From NCBI RefSeq assembly GCF_036588685.1, contig NC_086385.1:38711216-38775215 (forward strand): a stretch of DNA of 64,000 nucleotides, read 5' to 3'. The notes below the pieces were generated by a model. The model searched no databases. It was not told the origin of the DNA and saw only the letters and a list, made by a program, of their open reading frames with translations. The stretch's first letter is position 1. Each line of letters opens with the position of its first letter. This DNA comes from Mytilus trossulus (Eukaryota). The position numbers were made by a program, and so were the translations under genes. Shown piece by piece: positions 25,657 through 39,178 of the stretch.

Positions 25657-27489
25657 GTAAATCGAGATATATAAGTAAATTGCCCTAGATATTAACCTGT
25701 AAGTTTCTTCATTTATATTAATTTTTCCGTTAATGTCATCAATTAACTGGACATTTGCATTTTAACACACAAAATACAATTTAAATGCTGAAAGACACAT
25801 TTATCATTTTTCAGTTACTATATTCCGATAAAGAAATTACGATTATCAAACAAGAAAAATCCCATAAAGTTACGATTATTATCCCATATTTTTTAACGGC
25901 AATTTTCAAAGCGCTTAGACAATTCCAGTGCACTGGTACCATTCACATATGATGTAATGGTATAGAAAAACCTTGCAGCTGAGTAACCATTGACAAAAAC
26001 ATGTTACATCTGAGAAAAATTACTGTAAAGATTTTACCTATATCTGCCGTCGCCATATTTGGATAGTCGTTTTTGCATTGCTAAATCTTAATAATGAATA
26101 TTTTTTGTCGATAAATTCTGTAGATAAAGATATTTTTTTTACTTACTTACATGTTGCAAGCAAGGCTCTATATCACTAATCTCTGGCAATCAGACGTACA
26201 TTTTACATTGTAAATATGACAAGCTACATTTTTGGAGTATTTCTAGAACATGCCGCCATAGGAAAAAAATCTTAGTTAACATGACAGAATACCGAGAAAA
26301 TGTCTAAAATTTACGATTTTGTAAAATATCCCCCCTTTGACCATTGATTGCAGTTATAAAAATCTACACCACTTTAGCACTCTACGACATGCCTTAATTA
26401 AAGGATATCATATTTGTCTGCAAAATAGGACCAAAATTAGCCGTGAGGTATCTCCATTAAATTTTCAAATTTAGTTATACTAATTTATTTGTCACCGTAC
26501 TATATATTTTTAGAATTATAGACAACCCCATAAACACTTGGGAGGGAAACGATGTTTTTTTTACATATTTTCACGCCGTAGATACTTTTCTTGATTTATT
26601 GTTAAAAAGAAGATGTAGTATGATTGCCAATGAGACACAAGAGACCAAACAACATAGAAAGTAACGACTATAGGTCAGCGTACGGCCTTCAGCAATGATC
26701 AAAGCCTATTCCGCGTAGTCAGCTATAAAAGGCCCCAAAATGAAAAATGTAAAATTATTCAAAAGAAACAACAAGATAAACACCCTTTGAGACATATTGA
26801 GACAAATTGGTAATGATGTTTTCCAGCATGACACTAGCAGGCCACACAAAATTTCCCCGGGAAACATATACACATGGAAAAAAGTATTGCAACACCCAAT
26901 TGAATTTCAAATTAATAAAAAAAAAAAACACTCTTTATATTGTTTTGTGATATAATTTATTGAAATAGAACGAGTTAAACACTATTTAGATCTTACCTGA
27001 GTTTAAACAATAAATGTCGACTCAATAAGTTATAATCTGCACATGCAGCTACTGTACCTGTAGACAATAAAACAGATGTTTTTATCCTCATTGTTTTCAA
27101 CACTTTAAATAACAAAGTCTGTAACGTAATGTGATTGACACAATGTAATGGGTCCTCTACAACTCTCAATTGCAGCAAGATAGCAGATTATGAGCTTGAG
27201 AGAAGCAGGTATGTCGCTGCGACACATTGCAAGTATTGTTGGTCACAACCATTCCACTATAAGTCGGTTTTTTTTATAAAAAAATACAGGATGCAAATGA
27301 TGTTAAAAACCTACCGAGATCAGCAAGACCCTCTATAACATCAGCTAGAGAAAACCAAGCCTACTAGAGGTTGGTCAGAAGAAAACCCTTTGCAAACAGT
27401 ACAATCCTAAAAAGAGAGTGAGTGGTTGCCATACAGGATACGTTCAACAAACAGTGCGAAATCGACTCACGGCTACTGGTTATCGTTGA

Positions 27490-27625
27490 AAACACCGTTT
27501 CGCAAACATTTGCTTACGAAGAGTCATAAGGTGGCCCGTATCCAATGTAGTGCAGAGCTCACCAACGTTGGAAATTAGCATCTTGGAGGAAGATGCATTT
27601 GTCCAATGAAAGTCGGTTTATCTTT
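27490..27625 (+). pseudogene. Tc1-like transposase fragment
   Basis: Reads HQRWKLASWRKMHLSNESRF, resembling the W..V.FSDESRF motif around the first catalytic Asp. Confidence 0.45.
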
Positions 27626-28541
27626 CTTGTCCTGTTCACCTAAACTAAACTGCACTTAACTGAACGGTAAACAAGCGTCTGTTATCGAAAGGACTGTAAA
27701 TTGGCACATCACTGTGCAATATGTTATGCTAAAAATCACAATGCTTCTCAGCACTCAACTTCATTTCAATTTCGTCAATCAAACAGTGTTTCCACACAGC
27801 AGTCATCTCAACCAGAATTCAATATGCATGGTTCAAAAAACGAAAGAACTTCAGGTCGTTAGACCCACACACATGGACCGAATTACTGCAAACATCAGGT
27901 TTTGATTACAATTTTATTATTGATAGTGTAACTAATGGTTTTAATTTGATGAATAATTTGTTTCACTCTAATTTTGTATGTGATTATAATAAAAACCTTT
28001 TATTATTAAAAACTACAAGTCAGCATTAGAAAATTCTGATAAGGTTGACCTGAAATTAAGGTCCGAATTTAAACTTGGTAATTATATTTTGTGCAATGAG
28101 ATAGAGACTCCGAAACTTGTAAGTGCTCTTGGTGCAAATACAAAAACCTAACGGTTCAGTAAGATTTATTCATGATGCAAGTCTACCAGAGGTTGGCGGT
28201 ATAAACTATTATGCAAGTGATACATCATGTAATATATGGACTTAAAGATGCATGTAAAATTATTAAACAGGATGATTTCCTGGCAAAAGTGGATTTGTCA
28301 AATGCATATAGAAGTTTGAAAGTGCATTCTTCCAATTACCCATATACTGGGTTGCACTGGAGATTTCAAGGTGATAATCGGGATACATTTTTCTATGACA
28401 CTAAGTTACCTTTTGGAGCAGCTCAAACCCCAGGTATTTTTCAGAGACTTAGAAGTACAGTGTGTAGAATTATGAAATCAAAATATAATTTTTGTGTTAT
28501 TGCATATTAAGATGATTTTTTAACTATAGAATCTACATATG

Positions 28542-30547
28542 TTATATATTATTAATTAATTGTTTAAAAACAAAAAGTGTTGTATTCAGAAACAGAGGAC
28601 AAGTTAAAGCAAATGAGAGATGGTATTTAAATGGAAATTCAATAGATATGTGTGATGAATTTGTATATCTGGGTATTTTATTTAGATATAATGGTTATTT
28701 TACATATACTCAAAAATCATTAGCAAACCAAGATCGTAAAGCATTATTTAGTCTGTATAGTAAATTGCAGGATGACTGTTTTAATTTTGAAACTATGCTG
28801 TCATTGTTTGACACGTATGTAGCAAGTTTTGTGGATAATAGTTGTGAAGTTTGGGGAAATCATAAATGTGATGATATTGAACAAGTTCAAATGAAATTTT
28901 TAAAACGTATATTAAAGGTGAAAGTATCTACTGTTAATTATATGGTTTATTGTGAGTTGGGACGATACCCTATGTTTATTGAAAGATATTGTCGAATGTT
29001 AAAATATTGGTTTAAGCTATTATGTACTGATAACTGTATTCTTAAATGTTGTTATGAAGAAATGCTCGAGAGATGTAATAAAAAACCAAACGACAAATAT
29101 AACTGGGCCTGTCGAATAAGAGACATATTATACATGTATGGGTTCCAGAATATTTGGTTATATCAGAGTGAAAAAAGTGTGGATTTGTTTTTAAGTGAAT
29201 TCAAAGATAAAGGGTAGCTTTCATAGTTAAATGAACTCATTTTTAAAGACCCGCCAAAATGTATGTTGTACAGATATGTATTGTATTTGACCCCAACATG
29301 TTACAATTTTATATTAAGATCATGCTGTAAATTATATTTATAAACCGTTTATTTGTAAATATTGCATATCTGCTCACTGTTTGAATACAGAAACTGGTCG
29401 ATTTTATAATATCGAGAGACATCTGAGACTTTGTAATATGTGTGATAAACAAGTTACTGAAGATGAATATCATTTTATTTCATTATGTGAAAAGTATAAT
29501 GAACTTCGAAAGAAATTTATCAAACCATATTATTGGAGAAAACCTTCTAATTTTAAACTCATACAACTGCTATCTGTTCATAATGTAAAGGAACTTAACA
29601 ATTTAGGGAAGTTTTTATTTCTGGCCGAGAAGGCACGTAATTAATTTAATCATTATGAATGCTTAATATGTGTTATGTTTTATTATACTCTGCTGTACTG
29701 GTATATGGGTATACTTACTTATATGATTATTTGTCTAATTGTTTAAATAGAGAATAATACATGGCAAAATCCGTATCACATGTCGTATCATCCCGAGACA
29801 TCAATATCAGCCCGAGGGCCTTAAGGCCCGAGGGATGATATTGGTCGAGGGTGATACGGCATGTGATACGGATTTTGCCATGTATTATACGCTTTATCAT
29901 ATATTTCAACAGAAGAGTATTATAGTATATGAACTGTTTTCTGATCCATAGCACTGGGTTACCTTCAGTTCTGCTTTTGTCTTGTTTCAAAGCTTTAAAA
30001 TAACTGCTCAATTATTTATACGAAGCATTTAGGTTACCTTACAATCTGTTGTTTTGAAAATATTTTGTTTATTATTGTATATATTTAAGTGTTTTGTATT
30101 TTTTATAGTTGCATTGAGTGGGCCAAAAAATATGTTGTAAAAACTTTATGTTCGTTACGTCACATACAATATGAAAACTTGATGTACGTGACGTTACATA
30201 CCAAACAATGACGTCATTCCAAAAAATTACCTTTTTTTAGAAAAAAAATTCTTAAGCAAAAAAAAAACCTAAAAAAACTGACTTTAGTTAAAAAAAAAAA
30301 AAAAAAGGTATGCGATACGGGTTTTACCATGCGATACGGGGTATGCGATACGGGTTTAGCCATGCGATACGGGGTATGTGATACAGGGTAGATGATACAG
30401 ACTGGAAAAAAGAACCTTTATTAGATATACAAAATAGCTGTATTTTGTACTAAATATATGATAAATGTAAATATATTTCATTGATGTAATTGAATATTTG
30501 TAATATTTATATTCTATAAGCTGTATTGCTTACGAATAAAAGATTAT
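28542..30547 (+). mobile_element. 5'-truncated CR1-group LINE inserted in the Ngaro RT
   Basis: ORFs 28648..29217 (YLGI, CEVWG, ELGRYP) and 29381..29644 (ETGR..C..C...EDEYHF); aataaa-attattat tail; flanked by tatg, and removing it restores RT IESTYDRC. Confidence 0.85.
29735..30465. mobile_element. Hairpin-bearing non-autonomous element inside the CR1 3' UTR
   Basis: ~140 bp palindrome at 29752-29890 centred on ggccttaaggcc; atgcgatacgg repeats at 30310-30395. Confidence 0.6.
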
Positions 30548-31430
30548 TATGATAGATGCTCTGCTGCTGTAACTTGTTTGATTAAGCTATTGCGTAAATT
30601 AGGTTTTTACATAAATTGTACTAAAGTTGAAGGACCTTCACAGCGTTTAATATTTTTAGGTATTTTGATAGATACATTTTAGTTAACTCTGAGTTTACCA
30701 GGTGATAAGTTAACAGAATTTTTTAACTTGTTATGTGATTTTAAAGGTAAAAATAGGGCTAGTAAAAAACAAATAGTCTCTTATTGGGAAGCTTAATTGG
30801 AGTTGAAAGGTAATAAAGGGGGGTCGAACTTTTCTTATGCGCTTGCTAGACCTCAAGCATTCTTTGAAAGGAAGCCAGCATAAAGTTATCTTGTCAGAAG
30901 ATTTTCAAAAAGACTTAAAATGCTGGATTCAATTTATACATGAATTTAATGGAACAGTGAATTTTATAAACAACAAACCAATAACCAACATTCAAACAGA
31001 TGCGTGCAATTTTGGTGAAGGCGCATTCTTTAACAGCGATTACTTTTATATTAATTGGAAAATTTACATGCCAGCAATTGCGAATTTTCGTATCAACATA
31101 AAAGAGACAGTCACACTTATTTTGGCCATTTTTCATTGGCACGAACAGCTACGAGAAAAACGTCATGGCATTTACAGATAATATGACAGCACGTTCTATA
31201 ATAAACAAAGGCATGAGCTTTGTTCTCGTGTGTCATCGGCTTTGTATTTTACAGGGGGAAGAGCTTCGTGCAAGACTGTATAGTAGTGTGCAGACATACA
31301 AAGCCTGTGGGTGGTCAGAAGGGACAAAGCGTACATACAGGACTCAATTGAATTGTGTTCATACCTTTTGCGAATTATTAGACTTGGCCTTAGTGCCCTT
31401 TTCAGCAGATAATGTGTGTTTATATATAGC

Positions 31431-32072
31431 AAAAGAGGGACGAAAGACACCAAAGGGACAGTCAAACTCGTAAATCTAAAACAAACTGACAACGCCATGG
31501 CTAAAAATGAAAAAGACAAACAGAAATACAATAGTAAACATGACACAACATAGAAAACTAAAGAATAAACAACACAAACCCCACCAAAAACAAGGGGTGA
31601 TCTCAGGTGCTCCGGAAGGGTAAGCAGATCCTGCTCCACATGCGGCACCCGTCGTGTTGCTTATGTGATTACAAATCCGGTAAATAGTCTAATTCGGTAG
31701 GTCAAATTCATGAAAGGGAAGGGGATTGTAGTTACGACGTAAGGAACATATCCGATATCATTTGTGAAACGGTTATTCCATAACGGTCAACCAACTCGTG
31801 ATGGCGTCCGTAAAATTTACGAAGGGATGATTTCAACTTCACCATTTGGAACTCTTGGTTTAAAAGCTTCCTTGTGAGCAGTAACCCTCTATCAAGAAAA
31901 TCATGATAGGAAATGCAAGCACGGGAATATCGTATCAATTGGGAGATATATACCCCGTATGCAGGTGCTGCTGGAATGTTGCTAATTAGAAATGGAAAGT
32001 TCACAATTGGAAAGCTGAAATCATCTCTTTTGTCGTAAAGTTTTGTCTTCAACCGACCCTCATTGTCAATTT
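31431..32072 (-). mobile_element. 5'-truncated Penelope-like element inserted in the Ngaro YR
   Basis: TKLYDKRDDFSFPIVNFPF...AYGVYISQLIRYSRAC plus 3' UTR; same family as 33616-34195. Confidence 0.88.
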
Positions 32073-33615
32073 GCAAGTTGATGTGAAATCGTTTAAATAT
32101 TGTACAATTGTGAATTATTTGAATATTATTAAGCATTCACACAAACCAAATGAACTAGAGGAGCCAACCGCCGGTAATTGGTAAAGTCAGAAAGTTTTAA
32201 ATGGAGTTCGTCGTTCTATAGGTGATGCAGAGAAAGGTGCAGAATTAATGACACATCGATTACTCTTAATAATAAAAGCTAATTTAGATTTGAACTCGCA
32301 AAATGATATTTGTATTTGGTCAGCTTGCTTAATGGGATTTTATGGATTATTACGTCCAGGATTTGTTTTTGCATTCAGGAAAATAAATAGAGCATAGAGA
32401 TATCCAAATTTGTGATGTTCACTATCATAGGAATGGTTACGGTATTGAGCTTCAGTAGACGAAAACAGTACAATTTCGTGAACGAAAATTAAATATTGTG
32501 TTACCCTCCATAGTTGGGCATCCATTGTGTCCAGCTTCAGCAATAAAGGAATTATTGCATTTTCATTTTAAACGTGGTGCACAGGAAGACGCACCTTCAT
32601 TGTGCAATTTATCGTATCAGATGTTTATTTTACCCATAAATAGCATTTTAATTAGCAATGATGTCAAACAGCATATAACAGGTCACTCTTTTCGACGGGG
32701 CGGTGCCACTTGGTGTTTGCGCATTGGGATGTCAGACAGTATGATAAAGGATATTGGAATGTGGAAAAGTGATGCATATTTGCGGTACACAGAAGTGGAC
32801 CTCAGCAGAAAATTCGACATTGTGCAATCTGTTGGTGCTAGCCTTCCGCCTAACTAACTTGGTAATTCCCCCCTTTTTGTTGGTTGGGCTGGTGATTGTC
32901 TACCCTTCATTGTACTGATTGCATAATTAATTGCATTTTCTTATTGGCCCATTACATAGCCTTATATTTATTTATCATATATATCTATTTTGCCAAACTT
33001 GGAATCAATATAAGAGATTCAGTGAATACCGACTTTGAAGTAAAATGGTACTTCCTACTCCATTCTTGTTGCAACGTTATAAGCGGTTTATGCAGTGATA
33101 AATAAATGATGTAAGCAGCCGCATGGCGCAATTTTTGAATTCCCCAACCACCCATTCCAGTAGCATTATTGAATGGGCGTGGTTAAGCATAGATTATATA
33201 TGTCACTTTTGCCTTATATCAATTATAGAATACTGCATGTATTATTATTTTTTTTTTATCTTTTGTGATTATTCACATATGTTTAAGCTTTCAGAATTAC
33301 ATTCTGAATTGACTTTAAGAGAATATGAAGTATTTGGGGATTGTCTACCTTTCATTGTACTGATTGCATTATGAATTCATTTTCTTATTATTAAAATTTG
33401 GCCCATGACATAGCCTTATGTTTATTTATCATATATATATATTTTGCGAAACTTGGAATCAAAATTAGAGTTACCGGTCTTAAAAGTCGAAACACACAAT
33501 TGATAGGTGATTTTTTTTTCGCACAATAGGATGGGCACCTTTATAATAATAATTCTTTTTTTATTCCGTAAGCAAATATACAGCTCATAGGATTAAATAC
33601 ATACACAAATTATAC

Positions 33616-34195
33616 AGTTTCCAATTGTGAACTTTCCATTTCTAAGTAGCAACATTCCAGCAGCACCTGCATACGGGGTACATATCTCCCAATTGATACG
33701 ATATTCCCGTGCTTGCATTTCATATCATGATTTTCTTGATGGAGGGTTGCTGCTCATAAGGAAGCTATTAAACCAAGAGTTCCAAATGGTGAAGTTGAAA
33801 TCATCATTTCGTAAATTTTGCGGACGCTATCACGAGATGGTTGACCGTTATGGAATTTCACAAATGATATCGGATATATTCCTTACGTCGTAACTACAAT
33901 CCCCTTCCCTTTCATGGATGTGACCTACCGAATTAGACTTTTTATCGGATTTGTTATCACATAAGCAACACGACGGGTGCCACATGTGAAGCAGGATCTG
34001 CTAACCCTTCCGGAGCACCTGAGATCACCCCTTGTTTTTGGTGGGGTTCGTGTTGTTTATTATTTAGTTTTCTATGTTGTGTCATATGTACTATTGTTTG
34101 TCTGTTTGTCTTTTTTCATTTTTAGCCATGGCGTTGTCAGTTTGTTTTAGATTTATGAGTTTGACTGTCCCTTTGGTATCTTTCGTCCCTCTTTT
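33616..34195 (+). mobile_element. Penelope-like 3' fragment (copy 1)
   Basis: NFPFLSSNIPAAPAYGVHISQLIRYSRAC plus 3' UTR. Confidence 0.85.
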
Positions 34196-34273
34196 ACATA
34201 AACATATACAGCATTAATTTATAGCGGAGGTTGTTATACAATTTACATTGGTTATAAAGGTACATAACAAAAA

Positions 34274-35028
34274 TCAAGTGTTACGAATTTTCTCTGCCTC
34301 AAACAGGTATTTACCCATATTATTTAATTCTTTAATATTTCTTACAGATAGTAATTGAACTAATTTGAAGGTAGATAGGTTTCTATAATAATATATCTTA
34401 ATATATTTACATCTGACATTTACATATTTATCACACTCTAATATAAAATGATAATCGTCTTCAATTACTTTCTTATTACACATATTACAAACACGCTCAT
34501 ATCTGGAAATATTTAAGAATCTTCCAGTTTCTACATTAAGTGAATGTGAATTGATTCTATATTAAGTTACATATGACTGGTATAAACTGTTCAATGGTCG
34601 ATTCAAATAAAATTGCAAAGTATGTCCATCATGTATATATTGATATAAATTACATTTTGAAGTATTTCCAAAAAATAAAAAGGCTTCAGCAATATAATAA
34701 TCAACAATTCTTATTTTAAATTCATGCAAAAATAATTGACTATTTCCAACACTTTGTGGTAACCATATATCATTAAATCCATACCTGTTTATTATGTCTC
34801 TTATTTTACAACTCCAATTGAGTTTATCATTCGGTTTGACAAAACTAGATTCGTACATATCTTCATAAATACTATTCAATATACAAGTATTAGATTCTAA
34901 TATCTTCAACCAGTAACGAACCATTCTTACATATCTATTTACATGTAAACAAAGGTAAACGCCCAAGTTCAAAATATACAATTTGGTTTACAGTGTTTTT
35001 TCTCACTTTCAAAATTCTTTTTAAATAA
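34274..35028 (-). pseudogene. CR1-group LINE 3' part (copy 1), split by the composite element
   Basis: YLKRILKVRKNT, YWLKIL and EDDYHFILEC motifs. Confidence 0.85.
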
Positions 35029-35234
35029 CCGCGGTGAAGTATGTCCATTATTCATAGTTCATTATTCATTATTCAGTAATGAATAAATAAATAGTTCACT
35101 ATTCACTATTCAATATTAAAAAATGAATAACGAATAATGGAATAGTTTATGTTTCATTATTCAACTTGTAGCGGTGAATAGTAAAATAAATAATTAAAAA
35201 AAAATTGACCGTGACACTATAGCTATATCCTGAT

Positions 35235-36585
35235 TCGAAATGACAATTAGAGTGTTTACGGAGGAACTTATTGCCACAATACGCGTAAAAATGAGGAAAT
35301 AGCTAACTTTGAATAATGAAATGGATATTTTGAATAATATAATGGACTGCTATGACCCTTCAGACCCTAATTACAGATAAATGTTATACCCAAATCGAAA
35401 GTTTATCAAGAGAGGAACAAAAGGTATATAGTCAATATGTTCCGCTACGCATATTAGAGGAGAAACGAAGGACTTAAACATCAAACTACGCGTGCAAATT
35501 AAGAAATAGTCAATTTTGAATAATGAGATGGATATTTTGAATAATATAATGGACTGCTATGACCTTTCAGACCCTAATTACAGATATATATTATACCTCA
35601 ATCGGAAGCGTATCAAGAGAGGAACAAAAGGTATAGAGTCAATTTGATCCGCAACGGATATTACAGGAGTAACGAAGGACTTAAATATCGAAATACGCGT
35701 GAACATTGAGAAATAGCCAATTTTGAATAATGAAATGGATATTTTGAATAATGGAATAAACTGCTATGAACCTTTAGTCCCTTATTACAGATATATATTA
35801 TACCTCAATCGAATGCGTATCAAAAGAGGAACAAAAGGTATATAGTCAATATGTTCCGCAACGGATATGACAGGAGTAACGAAGGACTTAAATATCGAAA
35901 TACGCGTGAACATTGAGAAATAGTCAATTTTGTATCATGAAATGGATATTTTGAATAATGGAATGGACTGAAAGGACCCTTCAGCCCCTTATTACATATA
36001 TATAGTATACCTCAATCGGAAGCTTATCTAGAGAGGAACAAAAGGGTATATAGTCAATTTGATTCGCAACGCAATTTTGAATAATGAAATAGATATTTTG
36101 AATAATGAAATGGACTGCTGCGACCCTTTAGCCCCTCATTATAGATAAACCTTCAACCCCATACGAAAGCTCATAACGAGAGGAACAAAAGGTATATAGT
36201 CAACATGTTCCGCAACGCATATTAGAGGAGAAACGAAAGGCCTTAATATCGAAATACGCTTGAACATGAAGAAATAGCTGATTTTGAATAATAGAATGGA
36301 CTATTGCAACCCTTCAGGCCCTAACAAATGGCAAAATTTATACACCAAATTACAGCTTTTGATGGCGAAATAAACTGAGTATACACGATATGTGCTGCAA
36401 TGACCATTATAGGGGTTACAAAGGACCTAAATTCCAAAATACGTGTGAAAATGAAGAAATACCCAATTTTGAATAATGAAATAGATATTTTGAATAATGG
36501 AATGGACTGCCGCGACCCTTTAGCCCCTAATTATAGATATAAATTATACCTCATTCGAAAGTTTATTAAGAATGGAACAGTAGTA
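35235..36585 (+). repeat. 207-bp tandem array in the left TIR (copy 1)
   Basis: The acgcgt anchor recurs at 35281, 35488, 35695 and 35902 (exactly 207 bp apart); later units carry deletions. Confidence 0.9.
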
Positions 36586-37033
36586 TGATTATGAGAGTTC
36601 TGCCACACACCCATTTTGAGGTTGGGTCGAGGGAAAATGTGTGGAAGAAAGAAACACACACAAAAAAGTAAAAATTCACGGATAGAAAAAAAAAAACGGA
36701 TTTTAAGATTACAAATATGTCTGATCGCAGATAGAAATTAGAATACTGCGCAAGAGGTAGAACTTCTGAAAGAAAATTGGCCACTGTTAAGGCCAATCTA
36801 GAACAGTGCTGCAATGATGAGGAAATTCACAAATTGCGAGAAGTAGGGCAGGACTCACCCTGGATTAGCAAAGACATTAAAGATGTTGACACGAAGTTAA
36901 GGTCTGCAAAATTATAACCTTGTGCTGGAAAGGGGAATCTTTTCGCACATGAGTGTGTGAGAGATTAAACAAGCTGCTGACTACCGTCTTGGTAAAGAGA
37001 GAGACCGATGGAGCTGTGCAAATTGTGAGCTAT

Positions 37034-37514
37034 TGTACCGACTGGCGAACAAGATCTTCCAGGACATCGCTATAGGTGCGTGTGGAGTTGCCTGAAAAGT
37101 ATTTCAACATTTTCTCTTTCATGGTGCGGTTCCAACGATTGAAAATACGCGACTTCTCTTCCCGGTGGAGTAGAGATCGATCCCATGTTTTTGAAGCAGC
37201 TGATTTACATGTTTGTTGTAAAACTCAGTGCCTTTGTCTATATATATCTTCTTGGGTACACCGCTTGGAAGGCATCCCGGCCCGCAGCGTCACCTCCTTC
37301 TTGTTCTTGCGTGGTATTAGCCAGCCATATTTGGAGAAGACATTGATAATATTATGCTCAGGATAAATTTATTTCCCTTGTTGTCCCTGGAGAAGTCACT
37401 CATATCAACGAGGTCGACCTCCCTGGTCTCATTCACACCCCTAAATGCTACACAGCGTTTATGAATCTAGCGTCGAACTGGTTTGTGCAACTCATCAGTT
37501 AGCTCATCGGTCCA
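37034..37514 (-). pseudogene. Polinton-type retroviral-like integrase, 3'-truncated (copy 1)
   Basis: Across frameshifts the minus strand reads WTDEL..ELHKPVRR, EVDLVDMS..NKG.KFIL, NVFSKYGW, PKKIYIDKGTEFYNK and NRWNRTMKEKMLKYF. Confidence 0.85.
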
Positions 37515-37925
37515 GACCGAATCGAACTTTGGTACCGATGATGGATCCAACGATGCTGAAGTTCAAGCGTTCGCGTGTGGTAGAGTTGGGAATGGTTTTA
37601 AGCGAGGCTAGCATAGTTTTGTCACATATAGAGTTGCGTGCGGTTGCATCCTTGTGCTGGGCATAACAAAGATCGTGCTGATATGCTGCCTGGTCAACTT
37701 GATTAATGGGTTTTGACCAAGCCTTCGGGTGCCACCGAGAAGTAGACGCTTGCTTAGTTTAGTCCCTGGCCGGATAAAGTTGTGTCCGGGTACATGCATT
37801 TCAATGGATAATCGGTTGATTAGTTTGTTCATAAACCATGTACCGGTTGTAGCAACAGACTGAGACTTATCGGCATCATACACCTTGCAGTTTCCAACCT
37901 TTCTCCGTTGCATGATGCTGGTCAT
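37504..37925 (-). pseudogene. Parvovirus-VP1-type phospholipase A2 (copy 1)
   Basis: EMHVPGHNFIRPGTKLSKRL, then after a frameshift KPINQVDQAAYQHDLCY. Confidence 0.85.
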
Positions 37926-38000
37926 TACCTCGCTGGTGTTAACTGTGTCCGTCTTCCTACGACTGTCACCCAGAAAATCATCGCTATTTTATTTTAATAA

Positions 38001-39178
38001 ATGAACGTTACAGATATTTCCTACAGTGCCAGAGCACCCACGAGGAGTAATTACTACATCCTTTCTCAGCGATCGATAAGACGGTTGATCATTGGGAAGC
38101 CGGACTGTGGTAAGAGGACGCTGCTGAACAACCTATTCCTGTGCGATGGATGGCTCCGACTACAATCGATTGTACGTCTTCGAATAATCGCTTCACCAAC
38201 CATCTACCAGCTGTTGGAGCAAGCGCTGGAAAAAAGCTTCCCTAAAGAAGATATCCGAGACCTCCTACAGTGCAAGGGAAAGTCACCCCACTCGATGATC
38301 GATGTGGTTAACACCTTACCACCACCATGACACCCGAGTGGTATCGACACTATTTATGCCCCACCTACAATAGTAAAGGTGGCATTAGGTTTTCTGGTCT
38401 GTGCGTCCGTTCGTCCGTCCGTCTTTCCAGCCGTCCGTCCTTCCGTTCGTTCAGGTTAATGTTTTTGGTCAAGGAAGTTTTTAATGAAGTTGAAATCCAA
38501 TCAACTTCTAACTTAGTGCACATGTTACCTATGATATGATATTTTTAATTTAATTTCCATATTAAACTTTTGACCCAAGTTTCACGGTCCATTGAACATA
38601 GACAAGGATATTGCAATTTTCAGGTTAAAGTTGTTGGTCAAGGTAGTTTTTGTCCAATCAACTTGAAACTTTGTACACATGTCCTTAGGTAATGATCTTT
38701 CTAATTTAAATGCCAAATTATATTTTTTATCCCAATTTCACGGTCCACTGAAAATAGAAAATGATAAAGGGAGTGGGGCATCCGTGTACTATGGACAAAT
38801 TCTTGTTTCTTCGAGCAAGGGAGCGATGTACCAGACCACGAAAACTTGATCCCAGCCGTAAGAACCTCATGGTGTTCGACGACTTGATGCTGAGAAAACA
38901 GAACACGTAAGAAGACAACGTCGATTGTTTTTACCTGTGCCAGTACTACTTCACACTGCCCCGCCAGTCGATCCGGAAGAATGCAAACTTCCCCTGCCTC
39001 TTCTAAAAATATCGATCACATCCGACGCTATCACTGCAACGATCTCACCAAGGAACAGTTTGACGCTCTGTGTAATCATTGCTGGTCCAATCCCTATGGA
39101 TTTGTAACCATCGATTTTACAAGCACCAAGGCAAATGGAAAATATCGATGCAAATTAAATGAGTTCTATGAGGTATAA
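38001..39178 (+). pseudogene. A32/FtsK-like packaging ATPase (copy 1), interrupted at 38353-38806
   Basis: Degenerate Walker A IIGKPDCGKRTLL, Walker B NLMVFDD, then YLCQYYFTLPRQSIR and PYGFVTIDFT. Confidence 0.85.

Larger units (their letters stand above)
19840..26070. repeat. Nested imperfect inverted-repeat (foldback) region
   Basis: Inverted pairs: ~19840-20135/25675-25985, ~21555-21660/23735-23815, ~21830-21965/23235-23385, ~22160-22410/22610-22885. Confidence 0.55.
27640..33462 (+). mobile_element. Decayed Ngaro-type (DIRS order) tyrosine-recombinase retrotransposon, interrupted by CR1 and Penelope insertions
   Basis: Gag-like Zn knuckle DCKLAHHCAICY..H (~27695); RT LAKVDLSNAYR, LPFG, AY*DDF (28211-28520); RNase H IQTDAC...INIKE...TDN (30980-31190); YR GHSFRRGGAT...GMWKSDAYLRY (32498-32857); split 3' direct repeats ~32893-33010 and ~33339-33462. 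Confidence 0.88.

Noticed and set aside
32498-32857. Tyrosine recombinase as a prophage integrase or contamination
   Set aside because: It is collinear with RT, RNase H and split direct repeats of an Ngaro retrotransposon.
35235-36585. 207-bp arrays as a CRISPR-like array
   Set aside because: The units are homologous along their whole length with no unique spacers, and there are no cas-like genes; the context is eukaryotic.
36400-36588. 207-bp unit (69 codons) as a protein repeat, including ORFs 36400..36588 and 44837..45025
   Set aside because: Most units have two TAG stops in that frame, the reverse frames I checked also have stops, and several units have frame-breaking indels.
37076-37666. 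Plus-strand ORFs 37076..37366 and 37445..37666 and their duplicates
   Set aside because: They are antisense shadows of the integrase and PLA2 pseudogenes.
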